Below, piece by piece: positions 14,545-28,699 of a stretch of 64,000 nucleotides of DNA. Below the pieces are notes generated by a model that saw nothing but the letters and a program-made list of their open reading frames with translations, searched no databases and was not told the DNA's origin. Position numbers and translations under genes: made by a program. Source of the stretch: Octopus vulgaris (Eukaryota). Numbering within the stretch: position 1 is the stretch's first letter; each line of letters opens with the position of its first letter. The stretch spans positions 13,454,001-13,518,000 of the forward strand of contig OX597839.1 in the NCBI GenBank assembly GCA_951406725.2, in the 5' to 3' direction.

Positions 14545-14752
14545 TTTCTACTCTAGGCACAAGGCCTGAAATTTTGGGGGAGGGGGCCAGTCGATTAGAT
14601 CGACCCCAGTAGGCAACTGGTACTTAATTTATTGACCCCTCCAAAGGATGAAAGTCGACCTCGGCGGAATTTGAACTCAGAACATAGCAATGGGCGAAAT
14701 ACCACGAAGCACTTTGGCTGGCGTGCTAACGATTCTGCCAGCTCACCACCTT
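14545..14752 (-). mobile_element. SINE family B
   Basis: Minus strand reads GGTGGTGAGCTGGCAGAATCGTTAGCACG...GAGTTCAAATTCCGCCGAGGTCGAC. Confidence 0.85.
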
Positions 14753-15079
14753 ATGAATCATCCATGGTGATAGAAAACCATCTGCTTTGAATCAAAATAT
14801 TTCAAATATGTCATATCCGCTTTAATGTTTGTCATGTAATGTTTAATATTGATCTGTTCGATTGATTTATCACATTGATAAATCATATTGACTTATAACA
14901 GTCATTTATCACATTGGCGTGTCTCGTTTATTTCCTACATGGTGCAGGTATGGTTCTAGGGTTTAGAATTTCATTTGTCATCCATGTAGTTTTGAGTTCA
15001 TGCAGCACCTTGACCAAGTGTTGCCAGTCATATATTCATACATATATCTCTGTCTTTCAATACATGCACAATATATATA

Positions 15080-16632
15080 CAGGGATTGGACGAAATAATG
15101 GAAACACTTTGCATCATAGCATCACAATTTTGAAATATCGATAAAACCATGAAAAGCTTGTATATTTTTATGTTTTTTGATTCATTATTAGTGTTTGATA
15201 CCAACCCGGTCAAAACTGCCTCTGGCTCCGTAGTACAAATGCCTTGTTTTCATAAGTATTGAATTAAAATCTTCCACCAAACCTTAGTCACAATTTATGT
15301 TCCTAATACTAGCTGAATGATAACCAAGTTATTTCACTAAATTCTTTGTTATATTTAAAATTAATTGAAAGAAACACAGAGCATCTCAAAATAAATACGG
15401 TAATGAAAGGGTTAATGTGTTTTGCTAAAATTGCTGTTTCTTTTCTGATATCATCTGAAAAAGGTAATTGAAATTCAGATCTATCGGACTTTCAAAGAGG
15501 TCAAATGACCGTTGGACTCTTATGCGAATTGTTAGAAAGGATCACAAAACTACAGCTCCCAAAATTACTGCAGAACTTAATGACCACCTCGAGAACCCAG
15601 ATTCCACAAAGACTGTTTGCCAGGAGCTGCACAAAGCTGGATTTCACAGAAATCAGAAAACCACTACTTTCAAAAACGAATGTTGCAAAGCGTTGAGTGG
15701 AGTAAAAACCTACAGAATTGGTCCCTAGAGCAGTGGAAGAATGTTATTTTCTTGGATGAGTCATCCTTTACCTTATTTTTGACCACCAGCCAACTGTGGA
15801 GACAGCCATCTGTGGAGACAGCCAAAAGAACCATTTGACCCAGACTGCCTTCTCCCAACTGTTAAACATAGAGGAGGATCTGTGATGATTGTATGTGATA
15901 TATGTATGTATGTGTATATGTATGTATCTTGGAAATCTGCCAGCCCAATGGTTTCCCTTCATGGCAGAATTAATAGTCAAGACTATTTAGGCATTTTATC
16001 TGATCATTTTATCTACAGTTGTGCAACTTTTCTGGAGAGAAAGGCAATCTTTCAGGATGATAATGCACCAATTCACACAGCTAAAGTTGTTACTGAATGA
16101 CACGAGGAACATTCTAGTGAAGTTGAACTGGCTCCCACACAGGTAGCACGTAAAAAAACACCTTTTGAGCATGGTCGTTGCCAGAACCGCCTGACTAGCC
16201 CTCGTGCCAGTGGCACGTAAAAGCACCCACTATACTCTTGGAGTGGTTGGCATTAGGAAGGGCATCCAGCTGTAGAAACTTTGCAAGATCAGATTGGAGC
16301 CTGGTGCAGCCTTCTGGCTCACCAGTCCTCAGTCAAACCATCCAACCATTGCCAGCATGGAAAGCGGACGTTAAACAACGACGATGATGATGATGATTTA
16401 TGGTGCATTTTAGAAAAACAAGTAAGGAGTCAATATCCTCCACCATCGTCACTACAAGAACTGGAGACTGTTTTAGCTGAAGAATGGACAAAAATTCCTT
16501 TGGAAACAAGTCAAACTTTGTACAAGTTCATACCTTGTAGAATTCAAGATGTAATTACTGCCAAAGGCAGTCCTACCCCATATTACAATAAGCCTGGCTT
16601 GTAGGGGTTGTTTGAATTGTCCCTAAATATTG
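15080..16632 (+). mobile_element. Decayed Tc1-family transposon interrupted by a piggyBac-type MITE (about 15195-15415) and an RTE 3' end (about 16128-16397)
   Basis: Left end TA|CAGGGATTGGACGAAATAATGGAAACAC. Peptides include an HTH-region KTTAPKITAELN, WKNVIFLDES, FQDDNAPIHTAK and LWCILEKQVR...EEWTKIP...VITAKGSPTPY. Frameshifted; the right TIR is degenerate. Confidence 0.85.
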
Positions 16633-17206
16633 TATCTGTGTAGTGCATGAAGGACAAACCAGTTTTGACCTATAGGGATAATGGTGGTGGTGGTGGTGGT
16701 GGTAATGGATGTGATAGAGATGGGTGGAAGGATGAGGTATGGTAACTGGGGAATAGTCAAAGTAGTGGTAGTGGTGGTGTTGGTGAGGGCTGTTTTTATT
16801 CGTGGTAGAAGTGGCTGTAGTGGAGGTGACAGTAGTAGCTGTGTTGGTGGTGGTGGTGAGTCTATGTTTAATGTATTGATCATTGAAAAACAATAGATAG
16901 TAGGTGTGAGTGTGGGTGTGTATATATATGTATTTATATATATATATGTGTATATGTATGTATATATATATATATGTCTACACACATACACACACACGCA
17001 CACACACACACATACACACACACACGCATAATATATGTATGTATATATGCATGCAGGCAAGCATACAGGTATGTATACTCCTAGACAATAGATGTATGAT
17101 AACCAGGTGATTCACTGCTGTGTGTTTTCCTCTTTATCTTACAGCTTGTTATCAACATGGAGAAAATGGCTTCTCAAGATCCTGCTAATCGAATTAGCAT
17201 ATTCTA

Positions 17207-17975
<769 letters not shown>

Positions 17976-18396
17976 ACATGCATACATATTTGAGCATGTG
18001 TATGTATTGTTTATTGTTTCAATGCTTGATTTTGAAAAGCTGCCCGAGCTCTTCAAGGTTAGGGACTCAAAGCAAATTATTTTCCTTCGAAATGTTTAAC
18101 ATTTATAAAAAGACACAGTGTATCAAAGAATAAATAAACCAATGTATCCTTCCATTTTCTTTTTTAAGACAGCAGGCTGTGCTCTGATGTAGATGTTGCT
18201 GCTGTTTCTAGCAGCTCAAGCTGCCACATTAAAACACTCACTGTCTATGTTATTAATAAGATTAGAAGGTGTTATAGTTGGTAGAGCGTCTACGAAAATG
18301 GATTGTGGTAATTAATCAAACCCTTTACTTCCTACAATTAAATCTTGTCACGGTTGATTAAGTAGTTGATGGAATAAATACCTGTCATAATCATTA

Positions 18397-19610
18397 AACC
18401 TTTTACTTGCTTCAGTCATTAGACTGCGGCCATGCTGGGGCATCACCTTGAAGAGTCTTTAGTGAAACAAATCAACCCCAGTACATATTCTTTTAAGTGT
18501 GGTACTTACTCTATCAGCTTTAGTTGCTGAACTGCTAAGTTACTGAGATGTAAGCACACCAGCACCAGTTGTTAAGTGGTGGTGGGGGGACAAACACAGA
18601 TGCACACACACACACACACAATGGGCTTCTTTCAGTTTCCATCTACCAAATCCACTTACATGGCTTTGATTAGCCTGAAGCTATAGTAGAAGATACTTGC
18701 CCAAGTTGGGTAACCCAGGACCATGTTGTTGGAAACTTAACCCCTTACCACACAGTCATGCCTGTGTCATATACTGGGGTAGATTTAATTAACCACAGTC
18801 TTCTTTGCTGAATTTTAATGACCTTGTGGCATAATGTGCGCAAAATGCTGAGCAGTATTTCATCTGTCTTCACATTCTGGGTTCAAATTCCGCCAAAGTC
18901 GTCTTTGTCTTCATCCCAAAACACTGGGGTCAACGTAATCGACTAGTCCCCTCCCCCAAAATTTTATACCTTTTGCCTTTAGTAGAAAGGATTATTATTA
19001 TTATTATTAAGGTAGTGAGCTGGCAAAATGTTTAGTGACATTTTTGTCTGTCTTTATTTTCTGAGTTCAAATTTCACTGAAGTCAACTTTAGCTTTTACC
19101 CTTTTGGGGTTCATAAAATAAGCACCTGTTGAACTCTGGGGTCAATGTAATCGACTTATTGCCTCTCGCAAAATTGCTGGCCTTGTGCCAGAATTTGAAT
19201 CTAATATTATGGTTTTGATTAAGGTGATGAACTGACGGGATCATTAGCATGCCAGGCAAAATGCTTAGTGGCACTAGCATTGCTAGAGTGTGTGCTGCCC
19301 AGGGCAGCCCCTCCATTTGCCACCCCTGAACTCCACAAAAAACTCATATTGCCTACAGAAGACCCAAAAGACTTTAAAAGTGCTGCCTGGAGCAGACCAC
19401 CTCTGCCCCCTCCTCTAGCTACGCTAGTGCTTAGTGGCATTTTGTCTGTCCTTATGTTCTGAGCTGAAATTCCCACTGAGGTCAACTTTGCCTTTCATCC
19501 TTTTGTGGGGTCAATAAAATAAATACCAGTTGACCACTGGAGTTGATGTAGTTGACTTACCCTCCTCCCCCAAACATGCCTTGTGCCAAAAGTTTGAATC
19601 ATTATTTCAC
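18397..19610. mobile_element. Cluster of one family A SINE (-) and three family B SINEs (+)
   Basis: Repeated GAGTTCAAATT...GTCAACTTTGCCTTTCATCC...GGGGTCAATGTAATCGAC bodies with (ATT)n tails. Confidence 0.8.
19272..19429. mobile_element. hAT-type MITE inserted in a SINE
   Basis: TIRs CACTAGCATTGCTAGAG / CTCTAGCTACGCTAGTG and a perfect 8-bp TSD CTTAGTGG (19264-19271, 19430-19437). Confidence 0.85.
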
Positions 19611-19779
19611 TTGGGTATTCTGCAGTGAGCCTTGAAAAATGCAACATTCATTTGTGTTGAGTAAGGAACTGTGAAGCCTTTGGTTGTTCTGGAACCGTCA
19701 TGAGACTGAACCCAAAACCATGTAGTTTGGACGCAAATTTCTTACCATACAACTACACCTATGCCTACAGACGTCACAG

Positions 19780-19829
<50 letters not shown>

Positions 19830-19834
19830 TCTTA

Positions 19835-20200
19835 CGCCTGACAAGCCAGTACCGTCTGACTGGCCTTTGTGCCAGTGGCACATCAAAGCACCCACTACAC
19901 TCTCGGAGTGGTTGGCATTAGGAAGGGCATCCAGCTGTAGAAACTCTGCCAGATCAGATTGGAGCCTGGTGCAGCCCTCTGGTTCGCCAGTCCTCAGTCA
20001 AATCATCCAACCCATGCTAGCATGGAAAGTGGACGTTAAACGATGATGATGATGATGATGAAGATTGGAGTGGTTGGCGTTAGGAAGGGCATCCAGCCGT
20101 AGAAACACTGCCAGATCTGACTGGGCCTGACAAAGCCTTCCAGCTTCACAGACCCCAGTTGAACCGTCCAACCCATGCTAGCATGGAAAGCGGACGCTAA

Positions 20201-20232
<32 letters not shown>
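19835..20232 (+). mobile_element. Two tandem RTE 3' ends
   Basis: Two GGAGTGGTTGGC(A/G)TTAGGAAGGGCATCCAG...(GAT)n units. Confidence 0.85.
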
Positions 20233-20233
<1 letters not shown>

Positions 20234-20235
20234 AA

Positions 20236-20451
20236 GGCAGCGAGTGAGCTGGCAGACTCGTTAGCCCACCAGGCAAAATGCTTAGCGGCATTTCACCCAT
20301 CACTACATTCTGAGTTCAAATCCCGCCGAGGTCGACTTTGCCTTTCATCCTTTTGGGGTCAATAAGTTAAATACCAGTGAATCACTTGGATCAATATAAT
20401 CGACTATTCCTCTCCCCACAAATTTCCGGCCTTGTGCCTTTAGTACAAAGG

Positions 20452-20500
<49 letters not shown>
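20236..20500 (+). mobile_element. SINE family B with an (ATT)n tail
   Basis: Complete head to tail. Confidence 0.85.
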
Positions 20501-20502
<2 letters not shown>

Positions 20503-20744
20503 GTCATCCTCCCACCCCCTTTCCTCATCACGAGTAAATAAAAACAGAGTATTAAGCTGTCAATAGTGGGGGAAAATAAGTTGAAATTGGTTTTTGCAAA
20601 TAACAACAAAAGCAACAACATACAATAAAAAAAGAAATACAAAAACACACAAGTTATTTTTTATTTTTTAAAAAACCCATAAATCTAAAAACAAAGAAAA
20701 TAAACAAACTGGATGGTTGCTGTGAATAGGTTCTTTGAAAAGAA

Positions 20745-20872
20745 ATCATCATCATCATCATCCTAATTATTATAATTATTAGTAGTAGTAGTATCATTAT
20801 TACTATTATTATTGCTATTAGTTTTATTATTATTATTATTATTATTATTGTTGTTGTTGTTTATTATTATTG

Positions 20873-20903
<31 letters not shown>

Positions 20904-21168
20904 CATCATCATCATCATCAGTAGTAGTAGTAGCAGCAGCATCATTATTATTATTGCTACTATTATTGTTATTGTTGTTGTTATTATTAGTATTATCATC
21001 ATCCTCATTATTATTATCGTTATTATCATTATTATTATTATTATTATTATCATCATCATCATTAGTAGTAGTAGTAGTAGTAGCAGCAGCAGCATTATTA
21101 TTATTGTTACTATCATTGTTATTGTTATCATTAGTATTATAATCATCATCATCCTCATTATTATTATC

Positions 21169-21203
<35 letters not shown>
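20745..21203. repeat. Compound trinucleotide repeat (ATT/ATC/AGT/GTT) with internal block duplications
   Basis: Directly visible. Confidence 0.9.
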
Positions 21204-21849
21204 GAGATCATATTATGTTGTGTCTTTGGTTTTTATTATTGAAATTTTTGTTGCTGTAGTTTCATTTAATGTTTCTCCATTTAATTAGAAACCATCAAAC
21301 TATAATACCTGCTCAGACATGTAAAACCACCAAAATTATTTTACATGACATATCTGAACTGAATCAACAACAAAACCAACAGCAGCAACAACAATAACAG
21401 CAACATTATTTATGACTATGCCAGAGGTAATAATAATATGTAGGGTACCCAGGAGGAAATTAATGGGAAGTGTAACTCTATACCCTCAGATATATGCACA
21501 AGCATGGCTGTGTGGTTAAGAAGCTTGCTTTCCAACCATATGGTTTCCGGTTCAATGTCACGGTGCAGCACCTAGGGCAGATGTTTTCTATTATAGCTCT
21601 AGGACAATCAGTAAACTTTTGTTGATGAAAACTATGTGGAAGCCCATTATATGTGCGTACGTGTCTGTATCATCATCATCATCATCGTTTAACGTCTGCT
21701 TTCTATGCTGGCATGGGTTGGATGATTTGAGTGAGGACTGGCGAATCAGATGGCTGCACCAGGCTCCAGTCTGATTTGGCAGAGTTTCTACAGCTGGATG
21801 CCCTTCCTAATGCCAACCACTCCGAGAGTGTAGTCTGTGCTTTTAGTGG

Positions 21850-21880
<31 letters not shown>

Positions 21881-21994
21881 CAGCCAAAATTGTGAGGATG
21901 ATCCGGTTCTTGACTGAAGATTAGAGGTTTCGAATGACCCATCCGTGTTTTTTGTATCGTCTATTTGAATGTTTTGCATTCTTGTCCCATTTTG

Positions 21995-22029
<35 letters not shown>

Positions 22030-22199
22030 GATGATGATGATGATGATATATATATATATATAGTATGTTGTTCTGTTATGGTAAGATTAACAAGAATAGT
22101 ACTCCATCTGGTGAAAGATAAATATTTAGTAAACACAATTTATGTTTTTATGTGCTACTATTAGTTGCTTGTGTTGAGAGCATGCCAAATAGTGTTTTT

Positions 22200-22843
22200 T
22201 AACATGAGTGTTGTCCTAGCTCAATCTTCAGGCACTGTCCACATAGCATAACAGAGTAAAAGATTTTGGTTTGTTATGTCATGTGGGCAGTGCTTGAAGA
22301 TTGTACTAGGACAGCAGATGTGTGCTTAAGAAGACCCGTCAAGCCAAGTGAAATCGCAATCTTGGCCGATGCCAGTGTTGTATAACTGGCACTTATGCTG
22401 GTGGCATGTAAAAAACACTCTTCAAACATTGGGTGATATGTTGTGCTTGAGAAAACCTGTCAAACCAAGTGAAATCATAGTTGTGGTCAATGCTAGTGTC
22501 ACATAACTGTGGGATGTAAAAAGCACCCTTCAAACGTTGGGCCTCACAGAGGCAGTGATGAGTGACAGATGTTTGGCAATATACCGTCCTTGAGAAGACT
22601 TGTCAAGCGAAGTGAGATTGTAGTCAGAGCTGATGCTGGTGTTTCATAACTGGCACCTGTGCCAGTGGAATGTAAAATGCACCCATTACACTCTTGGAGT
22701 GGTTGGCATTAGAAGGGCATCCAGCTGCAGAAACCATGCCAGATCAGACTGAAAACTGGTGCAGCCTCCCCAGCTTACCAGTTTTCAGTCACACCATCCA
22801 ACCCATGCCAGCATGGAAAATGGACATTAAATGATGATGATGA
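22200..22843 (+). mobile_element. Older RTE 3' UTR with a tandemly repeated module of about 120 bp
   Basis: GAAGACC(C/T)GTCAAGCCAAGTGAAATC-like motif three times, then the standard RTE terminus and (GAT)n. Confidence 0.75.
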
Positions 22844-23554
22844 TATAGGTAGGTAGATAGATAGATAGATGGATGGCTAGACAAACAGACAGATAGACAG
22901 ACAAATAGATACATAGATAGATAGATATGTTTCTTTATTAGCCACACAGGGCTGCACACAGACGGGACAGATCACAAAGTTGAGCTCTTCTTTTTGGGGA
23001 GGAAAAAGAAACAAAAAACAAAATGTTTATGTCCAAATTTGAATGTTTAATTCTTGGCTGTATTACTAAGGTTGCTGTCATTTGTAAAAACAAGTTGTGC
23101 ATATAAGATAAGCTGGTCCTGTTGCTGGCGTCTAATTTGTCTGCAGAAATCATCAAGATAACATTAAGAGATTGACTGTCTTACAAAAATCTGTGCTGTC
23201 TTTCACTGAATTAAATGACCATGTCATCGCTCGTTAAATTTTAGAATAATTAATTCACTGAACTGAATAATGTTTTACAAAATTTCACGGAGTACTGGTG
23301 CAGGCATGGCTGTGTGGTTCGGAAGTTCACTTCCCAGTCACATGGTTTTGGGTTCGGTCCCACTGTGTGGAATCTTGAGTGAGTCCAGAGCCAACCGAGG
23401 CCTTCCTTGTGGGTGAATTTAGAAGATGGAAACTGGAAACAAAATCTGTCACACACAAACACACACACACATAAATACATACATACTCTCTTATACACAC
23501 ACATACCTTTGTGTTGGGGGTCATCTTTACCTTGTTATCTCCCCTACTTTCCTT

Positions 23555-23781
23555 CCTGTGTTTGACCCTTCTGTCTGGCATTAGTCACCATGATAGATCG
23601 TTAGCCACTACACACTTTTTTTTTGTTTTTTCTCTTCTTGTTTTTTCTGTGTCCCTTTCTGTAGAAGAGCATAGGCTCGAAACGTAAAAGACTTTTTCTA
23701 TTTCTGAGCGTTATACTAATACATCTGTTTGTTTTATACACCACCTGTCTTCGTCTTTTTTTATTTTCGTAAACTCTCCCT
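23555..23781 (+). mobile_element. Penelope-like pLTR fragment with a variant hammerhead-like motif (second copy at 26455-26657)
   Basis: CTTT-CTGTAGA-A-GAGC-ATAG-GCTC-GAAA-CG-TA-AAAG at 23655-23690; ends in (TA)n. Confidence 0.55.
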
Positions 23782-23842
23782 ATATATATTTTTATACATA
23801 TACGTATGCATATTTATATATATATATATGTACATATATATA

Positions 23843-23888
<46 letters not shown>

Positions 23889-24141
23889 TATATATAAATG
23901 CACACACACACACAAACACACATACTTTGTTTTGGTACTTGGTTTGCAAGGCTCTTGGTGGGAAAGCATGTGTTGAAACAAATCTTGCTGTGTCTTGGGA
24001 AGAATAATGATAATAACATACACACAGGTTCACTTCCACCTTTTTTTTTATTATTAGTCAATTGGTTAAATATTTTATATGGGAGGCAAGGTTTACGATA
24101 TCAGGTGAATATAGCCTTCTCCTATCAAATATTGTTCTTTG

Positions 24142-25046
24142 TGTAGTTCAGGCTCCAGCAGGCGAGGAAAGAAGTCTTTTAGTACAAATGCAATTCACAA
24201 CCGGTTTACTTACAAGTTTCACAGAATAGGTGAAGTGTGTTGCTCGTTGTGCATACCATCTCAAGCTGTGTGCATTTCGTTGTATCTCTGTTAATGCAGG
24301 CCCATTGCCTCTGGATATACAGCATGCAGACAGGACTAGCTTGGAGACCCAGCCACTAATGTGTGCTCAACAAATGCTTGTGGTGAAAAGAGAGTGAATC
24401 TGTTTTCATTGGGCCCTTATATCCAGTTTACCATCGTGAGCCTCGTTGTGCATACCATCTCAAGCTGTGTGCATTTCGTTGTATCTCAGTTAACGCGGGC
24501 CCATTGCCTCTGGATATACAACATGCAGACAGGACTAGCTTGGAGACCCAGCCCCTAAAGTGTGCTCAGCAAGTGCTTGTGGTGAAAAGAGAGTGAATCT
24601 GTTTTCATTGGGCCCTTATATCCAGTTTACCATCGTGAGCCTCGTTGTGCATACCATCTCAAGCTGTGTGCATTTCGTTGTATCTCAGTTAACGCGGGCC
24701 CATTGCCTCTGGATATACAACATGCAGACAGGACTAGCTTGGAGACCCAGCCACTAATGTGTGCTCAGCAAGTGCATGTGGTGAAAAGAGAGTGAATCTG
24801 TTTGTTTTCATTGGGCCCTTATATCCAGTTTGCCATCGTGAACCTCGTCGTGATCTCGCGCATGGCAAATGGATGCAGGTGAGGTCTCGCTCCAGTCTCG
24901 GAGGTGGCAGTGGCTCCCGCGAGATCGCATCCAATATGCCGCTGACTGCTTGTGTCGCTACAAATATCTATCCAGCTACCTAATCGATCATTTGTTTAAC
25001 CTGTTGGTCAGACAGTCAATCGGTTATTTTGTTGCCGATTGCAACA
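24142..25046 (-). mobile_element. Probable solo LTR containing a 199-bp tandem triplication
   Basis: GC- and CpG-rich block with TGT...ACA ends, and TATA-like GATATAAGGG and polyA-like ACTAAA on the minus strand. The TSD is only approximate (TTTG/TTTT). Confidence 0.4.
24244..24850. repeat. 199-bp tandem repeat, about 3 copies, highly similar
   Basis: GTGTGCTCA at 24361, 24560 and 24759. Confidence 0.95.
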
Positions 25047-26260
25047 TTTTTAGTCACCTGTGGTCTTCCCAACTTGCTTTGAAGTCTGCTTTCATGTGTG
25101 TGAGACCCAGTCTTGTGTCTGTATATGTGTATGGTGCTTGTAAGTGTGTGTGTGGAGGAGGAGGAAGGGGGAAGAGGATGGGAGGATGAGGTGGGAGAGA
25201 ATGAGTAGAGATGGGGTAGGCAAGGAGACAGTGGACGAGGAGGGGAGAATGAGGACAACGATGATGACGATGATGGTGATGAGGAGGTAGAGGAGGAGAA
25301 AGGGGTAGGAGGAGAGGAGAATGGGAGGACAATGATGATGTGGAGGAAGGGGAGGAGGAGGAGGAGTGAGGAAGAGAAAGAAGGTAATGAGGATGATGAT
25401 GATGATGATGAAGAGGAGGACAATGATGATGAGGAGGACAATGAGGCGCCGGAGGAGGACTTCAATGACGATGATGATGATGATATCCCGGAATTGTCTA
25501 CTATTTCACAGACTCGTTCAATATAGCTTAGAATTTATTCTGTACTCCTCAGAAATGATTATTATATCTATGAACTGTCAAATATTTTACTAAATTTCCC
25601 ATAATATATAAGAATAACCTAATATAACTTAGTATTCAAATGAACAGCTTAATGTTTCACTCATTTGCTAGTGTATCTTACAATTGTTCAGTATTTCATT
25701 AAATTCACCAGCATTCTTATGAATTGCCCAAAATATATGACAATTGCCCTCTGTTCAACTGAACTGTCCAGTCTCTCTTAATGTGAGAGATTTTATTGAA
25801 TTTTGAATTGCCAATAATATATTAGAATTGATAACAATATATCAGTTATTCATGCATAAATATATAGACAGACAGGCAGATAGATTGGTAGGTAGGTAGG
25901 TAGATAGGTAGATAGGCAGACAGACAGGCAGGCAGATAGACAGACAAACAGATAGATACATAGATACATAGATAGACTGACAGACAGATAGATAGATTGG
26001 TAGATAGATAGATAGATAGACAAACAGACAGACAAATAGATAGATACATAGCTAGATAGACAGACAGACATCTAGACAGACAGACAGATAGATAAACAGG
26101 CATGTGTGTATGTGTGTATGTATGTATGTACATATATTAGATCAAGTTCAGTCGCACTGTGTGGCACTTTGGGCAAACGTCTTCTACTACAGCCCCAGGC
26201 CAACCAAAGGTTTGTGAATGGATTTGGTAGATACTGATGCAGGTAAATATACGTGCATAT

Positions 26261-26306
<46 letters not shown>

Positions 26307-26799
26307 GGATATATAAAGATACAAAAACTATATTGAACATCTTTTGATCTCATTTGTTGACTGTATACACACACACACACACACATACAGATGTCTGTGT
26401 GTGTGTGTGTATAAATGTGTACACTATATACATTTATATATATCTTTATCTATCTGGCCGTCGCCATGATTGACTGCTAGCCACTAAAGCTTTTTTTATT
26501 CTCTCTCTGTTTATTTTCTCATGTTCCTTTCTGTTGAAGAGCATAGGCTCAAAACATAAAAGACTTTCTCACCTTTCCATGCATTCAACTAATACACCTG
26601 TTTGTTGTTTACACACCTGTCTTCATCTTTTGTTTTGTTTCTTTGTAAATTCCAACTATATATGTATGTCTATATATATATATATATTCAGAATTCAAAT
26701 AAGTTATCATTATCTTTAAAAAAATATTGACCAAGTAGCCAGCAAGTTTTAACTCTTCTTTCTAACAAACAGGTGCATATTGTATTATGACTTTTAATG

Positions 26800-26853
<54 letters not shown>

Positions 26854-26913
26854 GCTATAGGATGTTATTCAGACACTCAACTATGAGTCCACTGTTTTTT
26901 TGTTTTGTTTTTT

Positions 26914-27019
<106 letters not shown>

Positions 27020-27037
27020 CATACGCACACACACCTA

Positions 27038-27249
27038 CAAAAGGTGCTGAAAAGTTACTGGCTGTAAGGGCATCGTGAAAGTCCTGGCTGAAGGCCCAAC
27101 CTTCTGAGTTCGTTTTACAAAGCTTAGTAAAACTGAAGGACTGCTACAATAAGTGTGTGAATCTGAGAGGGGAATACATTGAATAAAATCATAATTAATC
27201 GATCCTCCTGTATTTACCTAAAGCCAAGAACTTTTCAACATCACCTCAT
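27038..27249. mobile_element. mariner-type MITE, second copy
   Basis: Co-linear with 12965-13181. Confidence 0.7.
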
Positions 27250-27258
27250 GTTTGAGTG

Positions 27259-27307
<49 letters not shown>

Positions 27308-27309
27308 CT

Positions 27310-27985
27310 CTCTTTTACTTGTTTCAGTCATTTGACTGCGGCCATGCTGGAGCACCGCCTTTAGTCGAACAAATCGACCTAGTACTTATTCTATTGGTCT
27401 CTTTTGCCGAACCGCTAATGTCATCGGTTGTCAAGTGATGTTGGAGGGACAAACACAGACACATAAATACACACAAACACACACACACACATATATGTAT
27501 ATATATATATCTTCTGTGCCGGTGGCACATAAAAAGCACCATCCGAACGTGGGCGTTGCCAGCGCCGCCTTGGCTGGCTTCCATGCCGGTGGCACGTTAA
27601 AAGCTCCAACCGATCGTGGCCGATGCCGGACCCCCCCTGGCACCTGTGCAGGTGGCACGTAAAAAGCACCCACTACACTCACAGAGTGGTTGGTGTTAGG
27701 AAGGGCATCCAGCTGTTGAAACTTTGCCAGATCAGACTGGAGCCTGGTGCAGCCCTTGGCTTCCCAGACCCCGGTCGAACCGTCCAACCCATGCTAGCGT
27801 GGAAAACGGACGCTAAACGATGATGATGATGATGATGATGATATATATGACTTCTATATGGCTTCTTTCAGTTTCCATCTACCAAATCCACTCACAAGGT
27901 TTTGGTTGGCCCGCGGCTATAGTGGAAGACACTTGCCATATGGTTGGTAAGCAAGCTGCTTACCACACAGCCACTCCTGCACCTA
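27310..27985. mobile_element. SINE family A (-) with an RTE 3' end (+, 27513-27841) nested in its internal microsatellite
   Basis: The SINE tail and head flank an RTE terminus with 3 modules and (GAT)n. Confidence 0.85.
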
Positions 27986-27994
27986 TTATATATA

Positions 27995-28040
<46 letters not shown>

Positions 28041-28699
28041 AAAGAGAGAGGATTGTCTGCAGTATTTCAGAATTACTAACTGGGTTTATCAAGGTTACCC
28101 TACATGTATAAGGATTATATACATTCAATCAGTTACCCAGTATTTCCTTAACATTCCAACCAAATTGGGGCATGAGGTTAAGATGACTTGTTGTCACCAA
28201 AAGAAAATGAAACCTTCATGAGAGACTCAACTCCTTATTAAGGGTCACGTGGTATATTCATTGACGTAATGTGTTGTAAATTGCAGGGTAACTGCTAGAG
28301 TAGAAATGCATCGCCTCCCTCACTCTTTTTAAAGACGGGTTCAAACGGGTTTGTATGGGTTCATTTCTAGTTGTTATTACTGTGCACTGAACACACGTTC
28401 ACACACACCACTCTTATATGTACATACGCTCACACACATCACACATGTGAACATACGCTAACACAGGTACACTTAAATACACATTCACACACAATTACAC
28501 AGACATACACAAATACTCACACACATGCACAGAGAGATTCAAACGCGTACATAGAGACACTCACATATACACATGTGCACTAACAAACGGATACACTGAC
28601 ACACAAATACTCAAGCACCCTCACACACACCGATCAATGCATCTGAGAATTGCTTCAATTGTGATTGATTTTTCTGTCATATTTATTGATTTATATTTC

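Noticed and set aside
21920-21950. CTGAAGA...TTCGAAT hammerhead-like motif
   Set aside because: GAAT instead of GAAA, and no supporting stems.
24474-24490. Hammerhead-like CTGAGA-TACAAC-GAAA on the minus strand of the 199-bp unit
   Set aside because: It lacks N7, a pairing stem II, a UH cleavage site and a stem I.
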